A DNA stretch of 64,000 bases from Eledone cirrhosa. Lineage: Eukaryota. The stretch's first letter is position 1; every line of letters begins with the position of its first letter. Location of the stretch: NCBI GenBank assembly GCA_964016885.1, contig OZ024755.1, positions 33,232,001 to 33,296,000 on the forward strand, written 5' to 3'. Shown piece by piece: positions 1-11,564 of this stretch. The notes below the pieces were generated by a model. The model worked only from the letters and a program-made list of their open reading frames with translations, was not told where the DNA came from and searched no databases. The translations under genes were made by a program, and so were the position numbers.

Positions 1-268
1 TATACTCATACATATAAATATAAACACGCAAACACAGACACACTCACAAAAATACAGACTCACAGACATACATTCACACACACACACACACACACACACT
101 CATTCACACTAACACATACATTTACATAAATACACACATACACTCACACAGCGCAGTTTTTTCACCATACACTTCCTTTTACACACACAGGGGAAATCTT
201 GAACACTCAGTTGCTTCACGCCATGAAACAAGGATAAGAACTGGCCTAATGAATCATAAATGGCTTAA

Positions 269-650
269 CCCCTTAGCATTTACATTACTCAATATATACT
301 ATATTTTCATGCTAAAGGCCTTACCTCACATAATTATCTCACATAATATCGAATCTATGAGATTTTGATATTATTTATAGTGGATTGGCAGTATCGGTAG
401 AGAGTCGGACGCCATGCTTTCCAGCATAGTTACGTCCCTTTACGATCTGAGTTCAAATCTCGCCGAGGTTGACTTTGCCTTTCATCCTTACGGGGTCGAT
501 AAAATAAAGTACCAGTAATGAACTGGGTAATTGCTGGCCTTGTGCCTAAAGTAGAAACAATTATTTATTTTGATAACTATACCTTGACATCAGTGTGAGC
601 GATTTGAACAGAAAGAGGTGAGAGAATAAAGAATTTTTGCCAGACTTTAC
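269..650 (+). mobile_element. TTAA-flanked piggyBac-type MITE (decayed right end), interrupted by SINE A
   Basis: TTAA+CCCCTTAGCATTTACATTACTC start. The body matches the complete copies at 12610-12832 and 38732-38952. Confidence 0.7.
380..565 (+). mobile_element. tRNA-derived SINE family A
   Basis: Head TGGCAGTATCGGTAG (A box) and GAGTTCAAATC (B box), core GCCTTTCATCCTTACGGGGTCGATAAAATAAAGTACCAG, tail AGAAACAATTATT. More than 15 copies in the window. Confidence 0.85.
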
Positions 651-860
651 TTAAGTGGATTAAAGGAATCAGTAATGTATCAGACAAAAATGCCTCGGAG
701 CATTTATACCAACTGTTTCATTCAAATCCTTCTGGTATCAACTTTGCCTTTTATCATTCAGGGACCAATAAAATAAAATACCAGTCAAGTACTGGAGTCA
801 ATCCAATCAACTAAAACACTCCTTAATTTCTGTCTTTATGTCTATCTTAGAAACAATTAT
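650..860 (+). mobile_element. Old diverged SINE A relative
   Basis: Degenerate TTCAAATCC...ACTTTGCCTTTTATC...AATACCAGT...AGAAACAATTAT. Confidence 0.6.
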
Positions 861-2217
861 CTTAGATTAATTTCTTTCAATAGCATAAGACCACAAATTA
901 TATTAGTGGTTGGTGAAATAAGATTGCTATTAAGCATTAATGATATGAAACTTACATTCTTTGTTGAACATTTAACCCGAGGAAAAAGAAAGACAGTGTC
1001 CATAGATTTTGATTAAATCTATTTAGATTGATTAATGAATCTGTGTTGTATGTTATAAGTAAGTATTTGGAAAGAAATTGTGAACAGAAGTATGCAGTTC
1101 GGGAGATGTAAAAAAAAATTAGAAGATTGTCTACAGAAATGGTAGTGAGATGAGGATAGGGAAGGCTTGTATTAAGTAGGTTTAATAAAGAAGGTGGATA
1201 CAGTGAAAACATTTAGAAGAGAAGATCAAATTGATGTGTGAACAAAAGAAGCAGAGAGGGCTAATTACTGCAAAGTAATAATAACTGAAGGGTGGTTTAT
1301 TCATGGCATTCTCAAGTGAATGGATAAGTATGTTCACGTGTCTGAATGTATGTTATGATTGTTCTATACCAGATGTAATAGACAAATATCCAAGGTTGAG
1401 GTGATTTTGAATCATCATTCAATTAATGTCACAGAATCTGGAGCTAATTACTAGCCCAGTGAACCATGGAGGTTGGTGAAAAGAAATAATATGACATCAG
1501 TCAATCAGCAATCTAGTTTAAGGTAAATCTGGAATCAAAACAAGGTCATGGATTTGGCCCATTAGCAGATCATAGACCAGTTTCCCCCACACACAGTACT
1601 AGCATATTCCTAAAGGAGAGTCGATCAAACCAAGCTATACAAATACAGGATAATTATAAACTAGATTAATTAATGATAACAATAAAGATGATCATTATAA
1701 TAGTGATAATAAGAATTATAATGGTAATTGAGAAGGAAGAAACAGATAACAAAAACAAGGAAATCAGAAGTAGATGGAAAATAAAATTAGTAAGATTATT
1801 TATGGTGTTGGCGGTAGTGATGTTGGATTAATAACAACAATACTCTTTTGAAATCCATTTATTGTTTGCTTCAACTATTTAATTTCGTTTTGATTAAGTG
1901 ATTAATTTCTATTTTGTCACATTTAAAACAAATAATAACACATAGACAATAAAAACAAACAGATTTGATTAAATCAATATATCTTGGTCTTAGTGAAGTT
2001 TCCTTGTAAAGAATATCTTTCTTTTTAAAATTAGTGAAATATATTTGGCAGGATTTTTCCATTAAGATTGGAGAATATATAATTATATAGAAACTTCATG
2101 TCTATTGGAAGTATTGACTATAGAATTATTAACTTTAAAATTCAGGCAGCACATGGTGGTCTTTATCAAAAGTTCTGTCAATATATCAATGCAGTGAAAT
2201 ATTTAAAAAAAAATTTG

Positions 2218-2289
2218 TCGCACTCGTCTGTCTGTGGCGATTGTCAAACTAAGATAAGTTTGACAATCGCCACAGCCAGACGAATGCGA
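2218..2289. repeat. GC-rich inverted repeat (about 33-bp stem, 6-nt loop)
   Basis: TCGCACTCGTCTGTCTGTGGCGATTGTCAAACT-AAGATA-AGTTTGACAATCGCCACAGCCAGACGAATGCGA. Confidence 0.85.
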
Positions 2290-2469
2290 GAAAGTTCTCC
2301 AGCCCAAGTTAACCAGGAATCTCTAAAACTCCTCCAACCGAAGTTAATAAAGAACTTACTGGATCTACCAACTCATAATATTATAATATTATAACATTAA
2401 ATCATAAAAAAATGTTAAACACTACAAGTCATTCTTTTCCTTTCTTTCAAATATATATATATATATATA

Positions 2470-2678
2470 AAGTGGTAGAACACTGGAAAGTAATATCCGT
2501 AGTGGTAGAGCGCTCAGTCCATGGACGAGTTAGGTAGAAGTGGTTACACAACAGTTAGTTCACCATACCGAGAACAATTGTTTAACCTTAATGGATCCTC
2601 AGCTCGGGATCCAAGCTGAGGATCCGCTAAGGTGAAACAATTGTTCTCGGTATGGTGAACTAACTGTTGTGTAACCAC
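2470..2678. mobile_element. Fold-back Penelope-like/retrozyme remnant with hammerhead motif
   Basis: Inverted arms 2540-2678 between (TA)n tracts. CTGAGGA 2616-2622, GAAA 2634-2637, palindromic ACAATTGT, GUU site. Confidence 0.6.
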
Positions 2679-2754
2679 CTCTCTCTCTCTATATATACAC
2701 ATATATATATATATGTGTATATATATATGTGTATATATATATATGTATATATAT

Positions 2755-3093
2755 GACCCCTTAGCCTTTGTCAAGGCAGAATTCTAGGAGAAGGAAAACT
2801 CTGTTATAACACCTGCAGCCCTGATGGTATCCAATGATGTTGACTTGTTCTTCTTTTTGGTAAATATCATCTTGGTTTAGAGAGTGGTACTGGCTTTGTG
2901 CAGTGCCTTTGCTCACTATAAAAGCTTCACGGCACAGGCATTGCTTTATATCTGGAGATCTCTCTGCACTTGTCGTCACATGGTACCATGGGCCCTGCAC
3001 TGTGTCAATAATTGTCATAAGTGTAGTGTTTGTACCAGAGTTTTCAAGTCGCTGGCTGGACTTAAAAATCACACTCGTTCAGCGCATCGGTAG
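2755..3093 (+). mobile_element. RTE-clade LINE remnant: 5'UTR-like motif plus C-terminal C2H2 zinc finger
   Basis: CTAGGAGAAGGAAAACTCTG motif, related to 58590-58690 on the minus strand. ORF 2884-3093 ends CSVCTRVFKSLAGLKNHTRSAH*, like RTE ORF C-termini. Confidence 0.55.
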
Positions 3094-3152
3094 GGGTTCT
3101 CCTACATGGATATAAGGTAGTGGCCGTACTCGAAAACGAGTTGGCAGCCACC

Positions 3153-3194
<42 letters not shown>

Positions 3195-3203
<9 letters not shown>

Positions 3204-3625
3204 GAAATTACATGAATCAAAGTTCTGTTCAAACCATTCATTAGCTTACAATTGTTTCTTCCAAACCGAGGTTTGGAGTCTTCGGAGCCATTTTTCAATG
3301 ATTGTTTACATACATGACCTCCTTTCCAACACAAGAGACATACAGAAACATATGTATATATCGATGCACAGTGGGGTGACATCCATTATAATATTTTAGC
3401 ATGGCAATTTACATTCAAAAATTAAAATCATATTAAAAGAAAATTAAAAGAAAATTAAAGTTAAAATACACCATCGGCAGTTTACGAAGATAATGCAAGA
3501 GGATAGTTTGAAGTAGTTAGTGTATGCAATAGTTACACGTGGGGCATGCACGTGTGTCTTATTTATATAAGATTATTATAATCTTTGCAAGAGGATAGTT
3601 TGAAGTAGTTAGTGTATGCAAAAAT
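3195..3625 (-). mobile_element. HHR-bearing non-coding element family 2 (inverted copy)
   Basis: Reverse complement of about 5075-5500. Contains CCGAAGA-stem II-GAAACAATTGTA on the minus strand at about 3243-3290. Confidence 0.7.
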
Positions 3626-3740
3626 GGAGGCACATGGCTTAGTGGTTAGAGCATTGGCCTTGCAATCGAAAGGTTGTGAGTTCACTTCTCAGACCGTGTG
3701 ATGTGTTGTTTCCTTGAGCAAGACACTTTATTTCACATTA
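3626..3740 (+). mobile_element. SINE B 5' part
   Basis: GGAGGCACATGGCTTAGTGGTTAGAGC (A box), GAGTTCAC (B box), CCTTGAGCAAGACACTTTA (CORE-like). Confidence 0.8.
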
Positions 3741-4195
3741 TCTTCGTATAAACTGCCGATCTTGTATTTTAACTTTAATTTTGTTTTAATTTTCTTTTAA
3801 TATGATTTTAATTTTTGAATGTAAATTGCCATGCTAAAATATTATAATGGATGTCACCCCACTGTGCATCGATATATACATATGTTTCTGTATGTCTCTT
3901 GTGTTGGAAAGGAGGTCATGTATGTAAACAATCATTGAAAAAATGCTCCGAAAACTCCAAGCCTCGGTTTGGATGAAACAATTGTAAGCTAATAAATGGT
4001 TTGAACAGAACTTTGATTCATGTGAATTCTATATAACTGCTCTGTAGAACAACTGATGTTATTACATTGAGCTATTTATCTTACTGGTAATAAGGTAGTA
4101 ATAAATTACTGTCTTTCACTGTTTAGGGTTTAAAATATATATAACTATAAAAAGTTTTAGTATATACATAACCATAAATAGTATCCTTAATACTA
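3736..4195 (+). mobile_element. HHR-bearing element family 2 (partial copy)
   Basis: Near-identical to 5207-5665. The HHR core is mutated to CCGAAAA at about 3948. Confidence 0.7.
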
Positions 4196-4674
4196 TATAT
4201 ATACATATATGTATATATACATATACATATATACATATATATATACACATATGTATATATACATATACACATATACATATACACATATATGTATATATAC
4301 ATATACATATATGTATATATATATGTATATATGTATATATATATATGTGTATATACATATATATGTATATACATATATATGTATATGTATACATATATGT
4401 ATATATACATATACATATATATGTATATACACATATACATATATATGTATATACACATACATATATATGTATATACACATATACACATATATATATATAT
4501 ACATATATACACATATATATATATACATATATACACATATATATATATACATATATACATATATACACACATATATATATATACATATACACATATATAT
4601 ATATACATATACACATATATATATATACATATATATATATACATATATATATACATATACATATATACAAATAC

Positions 4675-4706
<32 letters not shown>

Positions 4707-4740
4707 TTATATACATATATACATTCATATATACATATAT
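4195..4740. repeat. (TA)n/(TACA)n compound microsatellite
   Basis: Direct inspection. Source of spurious IY-rich ORFs. Confidence 0.95.
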
Positions 4741-5075
4741 CATTTCATTTCATTTTACGTCCACTTTTCCCTGCTTGCAAGGGTGAGACGGGAATTGATT
4801 CTGGCTTGATTTCTACAGCTGGATGCCCTTCCTAACACCAACCTCATTTACAGTGAGTGCTGGGTGCTTTTTTTGCCATGGCACCTCTACGATCATTTTG
4901 CAGTGGAATGATAGGGACCCGAGTCCCTATCATCTCATTTCTACAGCTGAGTAAACTGGAGCAATGTGAAATAAAGTGTCTTGCTCAAGGAAACAACACA
5001 TCACACGGTCTGAGAAGTGAACTCACAACCTTTCGATTGCAAGGCCAATGCTCTAACCACTAAGCCATGTGCCTC
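4740..5075 (-). mobile_element. SINE B full length
   Basis: tRNA head, CORE-like block, tail GGTGTTAGGAAGGGCATCCAGCTGTAGAAA...GACGTAAAATGA. Confidence 0.85.
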
Positions 5076-5665
5076 CATTTTTGCATACACTAACTACTTC
5101 AAACTATCCTCTTGCAAAGATTATAATAATCTTATATAAATAAGACACACGTGCATGCCCCACGTGTAACTATTGCATACACTAACTACTTCAAACTATC
5201 CTCTTGCATTATCTTCGTAAACTGCCGATGTTGTATTTTAACTTTAATTTTGTTTTAATTTTGTTTTAATATTATTTTAATTTGTGAATGTAAATTGCCA
5301 TGCTAAAATATTATAATGGATGTCACCCTACTGTGCATCGATATATACATATGTTTCTGTATGTCTCTTGTGTTGGAAAGGAGGTCATGTATGTAAACAA
5401 TCATTGAAAAATTGCTCCGAAGACTCCAAGCCTCGGTTTGGATGAAACAATTGTAAGCTGATAAATGGTTTGAACAGAACTTTGATTCATGTGAATTCTA
5501 TATAACTGCTCTGTAGAACAACTGATGTTATTACATTGAGCTATTTATCTTACTGGTAATAAGATAGTAATAAATTACTGTCTTTCACTGTTTAGGGTTT
5601 AAAATATATATAACTATAAAAAGTTTTAGTATATACATAACCATAAATAGTATTCATAATACAAT
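5076..5665 (+). mobile_element. HHR-bearing element family 2
   Basis: GCT-CCGAAGA(5417-5423)-cTCCAAGC-CTCG-GTTTGGAt-GAAA(5444-5447)-CAATTG-TA^AGC. Homologous to 8140-8755. Confidence 0.7.
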
Positions 5666-6261
5666 ATATATACATATATGTATATATACATATACATATA
5701 CACATATATATATACACATATGTATATATACATATACACATATATATATATACACATATGTATATATACATATACACATATATATATATACACATATATA
5801 TATACACATATACACATATATGTATATATACATATACATATATGTATATATATGTATATATATATATGTATATATATATATGTGTATATACATATATATG
5901 TATATGTATACATATACATATATGTATATATATACATATACATATATGTATATATATACATATACATATATGTATATATATATATGTATATATATATATG
6001 TGTATATACATATATATGTATATGTATACATATATGTATATATATACATATACATATATGTATATATATACATATACATATATATACATATACATATACA
6101 TATATATACATATACATATATATGTATATACATATACATATATATGTATATACACATATACATATATATGTATATACACATATACACATATATATATATA
6201 CATATATACACATATATATATATACATATATACATATATACACACATATATATATACATAT

Positions 6262-6304
<43 letters not shown>

Positions 6305-6442
6305 TATATATACATATATATATATATACACATATATATATATACATATACACATATATATATACATATACATATATACAAATACATATATATATATATA
6401 TTTATATACATATATACATTCATATATATATATATACATATA
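5665..6442. repeat. (TA)n/(TACA)n compound microsatellite
   Basis: Direct inspection. Paralog of 4195-4740. Confidence 0.95.
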
Positions 6443-6995
6443 TCATTTCATTTCATTTTACGTCCACTTTTCCCTGCTTGCAAGGGTGAGACGGGAATTG
6501 ATTCTGGCTTGATTTCTACACCTGGATGCCCTTCCTAACACCAACCTCATTTACAGTGATTGCTGGGTGCTTTTTTGCCGTCGCACCTCCACGACCACTT
6601 TGCAGTGGAATGATATAGACCCCAGTCCCTATCATCTCATTTCTACAGCTGAGTAAACTGGAGCAATGTGAAATAAAGTGTCTTGCTCAAGGAAACAACA
6701 CATCACCCGGTCTGAGGGTTCAATTCTCAGACCGGGTGATGTGTTGTGTCCTTGAGCAAGACACTTTATTTCACATTGCTCCAGTTTACTCAGCAGTACA
6801 AATGAGATAATAGAGACTGGGGTCCATATCATTCCACTGCAATGTGGTCGTGGAGGTGCGACGCCAAAAAAGCACCCAGTACTCACTGTAAATGAAGTTG
6901 GTGTTAGGAAGGGCATCCAGCTTTAGAAATCAAGCCAAAATCAGTTCCTCTCCCACCCTTGAAGCGGACGTAAAAATGAAATGATGATGATGAAA
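6443..6995. mobile_element. Two 5'-truncated SINE B copies fused head-to-head
   Basis: 6443-6716 is a minus copy and 6717-6995 a plus copy. They meet in the B-box region. Confidence 0.8.
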
Positions 6996-7036
<41 letters not shown>

Positions 7037-7346
7037 CATAGTAATAAATTTGAAGACTAAAATCCAAAGAGGGCTCGATAAGGATAAATATATATCAAAT
7101 ATATATGAACCGTAGAGCAAATATTTATTAAAATAACAGATTAAAGTTTAAGCAAAGAATCGCTGCTTTCACCCTTAACGGGATCTTCTGAAACTAACAA
7201 AGTCAATCTGTGAACGCAGAAGTGAATATTTCAAAAAACGTTGCAACCGGAGGAAGACAGGAAGACGATACTTTGGTTTGTGGAAACGTTCCCTGGCAAA
7301 GAATGGGGAAAAACGAATATAATACGTCATAATTTGGAGTGGATAC

Positions 7347-7374
<28 letters not shown>

Positions 7375-7377
<3 letters not shown>

Positions 7378-7432
7378 ATCATCATCATTTTACGTCCGCT
7401 TTTCCCTGCTTGCAAGGGTGGGACGGGTCTTA

Positions 7433-7484
<52 letters not shown>

Positions 7485-7539
7485 ATCATCATCATTTTAC
7501 GTCCGCTTTTCCCTGCTTGCAAGGGTGGGACGGGTCTTA

Positions 7540-7545
<6 letters not shown>
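7375..7545 (-). repeat. Tandem duplication of SINE B 3' tail plus (TA)n
   Basis: CATCATTTTACGTCCGCTTTTCCCTGCTTGCAAGGGTGGGACGGGTCTTATTCA occurs twice. Confidence 0.8.
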
Positions 7546-7594
<49 letters not shown>

Positions 7595-7600
7595 TTATAT

Positions 7601-7639
<39 letters not shown>

Positions 7640-7686
7640 TATACATATATATATATATATATATGAAATATATGAAATATATGAAA

Positions 7687-8755
7687 TATATGAAATATAA
7701 GAATCAAAGAACTGTTCAAAACATTATTGTGCTTACAGCTGTTTCCTCCAAACCGAGGTTTGGATTCTTCGGAGCAATTTATTAATGCATGGACAGTTAT
7801 ATGACCTCCTTTTCAGCCGAGAGACATACCAACACATATTCAAACATTGATACATATTCAAACATTGTGGGTCAACATTCATTACAGAATTTAGAGTGGC
7901 AGTACACACTTCGAGATTACATTTATATTAATAGGTACAATCAAAAATCAAAGATATAGGTTAAAGTACAACATGAAGATAAGTGGTTATATAGTGCAAA
8001 TGTTATATGTGTGGCACGCATGTGCGTCTTGTTTATATAGTGTGGCAGAGAGATATGTGTGGTAGAGGCACTTAGGTAGGTAAATAAGAGTGTTAGGTTG
8101 GTAGATCTGGTGGCAAAGTCTTTATATGATTGATATAGTCTATATCAATCATATAAAGACTTTGCCACCAGATCTACCAACCTAACACTCTTATTTACCT
8201 ACCTAAGTGCCTCTACCACACATATCTCTCTGCCACACTATATAAACAAGAGGCACATGCGTGCCACACATATAACATTTGCACTATATAACCACTTATC
8301 TTCATGTTGTACTTTAACCTATATCTTTGATTTTTGATTGTACCTATTAATATAAATGTAATCTCGAAGTGTGTACTGCCACTCTAAATTCTGTAATGAA
8401 TGTTGACCCACAATGTTTGAATATGTATCAATGTTTGAATATGTGTTGGTATGTCTCTCGGCTGAAAAGGAGGTCATATAACTGTCCATGCATTAATAAA
8501 TTGCTCCGAAGAATCCAAACCTCGGTTTGGAGGAAACAGCTGTAAGCACAATAATGTTTTGAACAGTTCTTTGATTCTTATATTTCATATAACTGCTCTG
8601 TAAATCATCTGATGTTTTTACATTGAGCTACTTATCTTACTGGTAATAAGGTAGTAATACATTACTGCCTACCACTATTTAGGGTGTGTGTAAAATACTT
8701 ACAACTGCTTAAGGTTTTGTGTTTACATAACCATAAATAGTATAACTAATACTAT
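7687..8755. mobile_element. HHR-bearing element family 2 as a 905-bp palindrome with extended right arm
   Basis: Arms 7687-8138 and 8140-8591 around a 1-nt spacer. HHR motif at 8502-8548 (+) and its mirror at about 7730-7776 (-). Confidence 0.8.
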
Positions 8756-8838
8756 ATATATATATATATATTTATATAGATATATATACATATATATAGA
8801 TATATATACATATATATATATACATATACATATATATA

Positions 8839-9125
8839 TAGAAATGGTTTCTACAGGACAAGAACTGATTCATTTGAAGGAAATCATTGGGAAAGCCCTG
8901 ATGATTCCTTTGAATGAAACAGTTCTAGTCATGTAGAAGCCATTTCTATATTAAATTTTCTATATACTCTACTAATGTATTGAGTACCTTACTTATTGAG
9001 GTTACCCCCCAATGGAACTCAGGACTCACACACACAGAGAAGACCCACCTTCCCTTACATACAAACCTAGTCAGTAGGCACCTCTTAACCCAATATACAC
9101 CCCACCCCATCCTCCCATTTCTGTC
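8839..9125 (+). mobile_element. Fold-back Penelope-like remnant family 3 with hammerhead motif
   Basis: Imperfect inverted arms 8839-8948. CTGATGA 8898-8904, GAAA 8916-8919, GTC 8928-8930. Downstream ATGTATTGAGTACCTTACTTA is shared with about 42557-42577. Confidence 0.6.
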
Positions 9126-9129
9126 CACT

Positions 9130-10392
9130 GTATAGAAGACACGGTAAAAAGGCTCCCAGTCCACACTGTACAGTGGTCATGTAGGAGACACGGTAAAAAG
9201 GTTCCCAGTCCACACTGTAAAGTGGTCATGTAGGAGACATGGTAAAAAGGGTCCCAGTCCACACTGTAAAGTGGTCATGTAGTAGACACGGTAAAAAGGC
9301 TCCCAGTCCACACTGTACAGTGGTCATGTAGGAGACATGGTAAAAAGGCTCCCAGTTCACACTGTAAAGTGGTCCTGTAGGAGACATGGTAAAAAGGGTC
9401 CCAGTCCACACTGTAAAGTGGTCATGTAGTAGACACGGTAAAAAGGCTCCCAGTCCACACTGTACAGTGGTCATGTAGGAGACACGGTAAAAAGGTTCCC
9501 AGTCCACACTGTAAAGTGGTCATGTAGGAGACACAGTAAAAAGGCTCCCAGTTCACACTATAAAGTGGTCATGTAGAAGACAACAAAAAGCACCCAGTCC
9601 ACACTGTAAAGTGGTCATGTAGGAGACACGGTAAAAAGGCTCCCAGTCCACACTGTAAAGTGGTCATGTAGGAGACATGGTAAAAAGGTTCCCAGTCCAC
9701 ACTGTAAAGTGGTCATGTAGGAGACATGGTAAAAAGGTTCCCAGTCCACACTGTAAAGTGGTCATGTAGGAGACACAGTAAAAAGGCTCCCAGTTCACAC
9801 TATAAAGTGGTCATGTAGAAGACACAACAAAAAGCACCCAGTCCACACTGTAAAGTGGTCCTGTAGGAGACACAGTAAAAAGGCTCCCAATCCACACTGT
9901 AAGGTGGTCCTGTAGGCGACACGATAAAAAGGCTCCCAGTCCACACTGTAAAGTAGTCCTGTAGGAGACATGGTAAAAAGGGTCCCAGTTCACACTGTAA
10001 AGTGGTCATGTAGAAGACACAACAAAAAGCACCCAGTCCACACTGTAAAGTGGTCCTGTAGGAGACACAGTAAAAAGGCTCCCAATCCACACTGTAAGGT
10101 GGTCCTGTAGGCGACACGATAAAAAGGCTCCCAGTCCACACTGTAAAGTGGTCCTGTAGGAGACATGGTAAAAAGGGTCCCAGTTCACACTGTAAAGTGG
10201 TCCTGTAGGAGACACAGTAAAAAGGCTCCCAGTCCACACTGTAAAGTGGTCATGTAGGAGACACGTAAAAAGGCTCCCAGTCCACACTGTAAAGTGGTCA
10301 TGTAGGAGACACGTAAAAAGGCTCCCAGTCCACACTGTAAAGTGGTCATGTAGGAGACACGTAAAAAGGCTCCCAGTCCACACTGTAAAGTG
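9130..10392 (+). repeat. About 50-bp minisatellite (about 25 copies) derived from a SINE-internal VNTR
   Basis: Unit TCCCAGTCCACACTGTAAAGTGGTCATGTAGGAGACACGGTAAAAAGGC. It runs directly into a SINE C-type tail (10392-10555). Confidence 0.9.
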
Positions 10393-11080
10393 GTTGGTGT
10401 TAGGAAGGGTATGCAACCATAGAAAACCTACCAGAAATAGTTCCGTATGAGCAACACACAGTCCACAGTCTCCCACCCAATTCCGCATCAAATGGAACAA
10501 AACCATCTAACCCATGCTAGCATGGAAGATGGACATTAAACAATGATGATGATATATAATATATATATATATATACACACACACACATATATATGCAATG
10601 GTCTTTAGTGTAGTCTCCATCTACCAAATTCTATTTGCAAGCATTGATCAACTCCAGGCTATAGTGGATAACATCTGCTAAAGATACTAACAGAGTGATC
10701 TCAGATGGGGGAACATATGGCTGTGAAACAAACTGCTTATCCACACAGTTAATCTTGTGTCTATCTATTTACTTCACTAAAATTGTCAACATCATTCAGA
10801 GAGAGACAGCAATCTCATATAATCCTATTCTCTCATTGACTTTCATATATAAGAAGTAAAAAAATTTAAATCTACGAATTGAAATCTGTATATTAGAGAA
10901 GATAAGAAAACGATATGAAACTAAAATGATGGAAGAGAAATCCTGATACACATCTGATGGAAATATTCTCTTAATCCTTAGCTAAATTTTAAAGAAAACA
11001 AAATGTATGTATTCTCAATCTTTCTCTCTCCTTCTTAGAGATTCTCTCTCAATTTCTCACTCCCTTTTGCTCATTTAATC

Positions 11081-11180
11081 TAGAGTGTGTCCACCAAAAA
11101 TGTATACATACTTCAACAGCATTCTCATAAATATTGCCTGTACAGGTAATCAAAGTGTGTATACATTTTTGGGGACACCT

Positions 11181-11182
<2 letters not shown>
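11081..11182. mobile_element. About 100-bp Tc1/mariner-type MITE
   Basis: TIR GTGTCC..AAAAATGTATACA / TGTATACATTTTTGGGGACAC. Second copy at 21544-21644. Confidence 0.65.
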
Positions 11183-11212
<30 letters not shown>

Positions 11213-11564
11213 GTTTAATAAATAAACAGAGAATAAAAAACAGAAGCAGTACAAATTATATTAGTATTAGTTTCACGCTTGAGAGTGATATATATATATA
11301 TATAAACTATTATTATTACAACTATCACTCACAATTGTGTATGGCTTGGTAGCATGTCAAATGGTATCATGAAGGACTTTAGGTGCCTAAGCAGTTGTCA
11401 GCAGACACTGATAACATTCTCAACCTACATCTAAGATGGGAGAGCTAAAAGGCCAGGTTTCCCCAACACCAGGCTGGTACTTTTTTTACCCTTGGTACGA
11501 TTTGAACTTAGAATGCAGAAACACTGTAAAAATATCCAATGTTCTAACACAAGCAGACAGAGAT

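Noticed and set aside
2884-3093. Host C2H2 zinc-finger gene
   Set aside because: Single terminal finger without linkers, next to an RTE-type motif. Better explained as a LINE end.
4116-6538. Long IY/YM-rich ORFs of 150-290 aa
   Set aside because: Translations of (TA)n/(TACA)n microsatellites, open in most frames.
9130-10392. CRISPR-like regular repeats
   Set aside because: No unique spacers, eukaryotic context, and the unit derives from a SINE.
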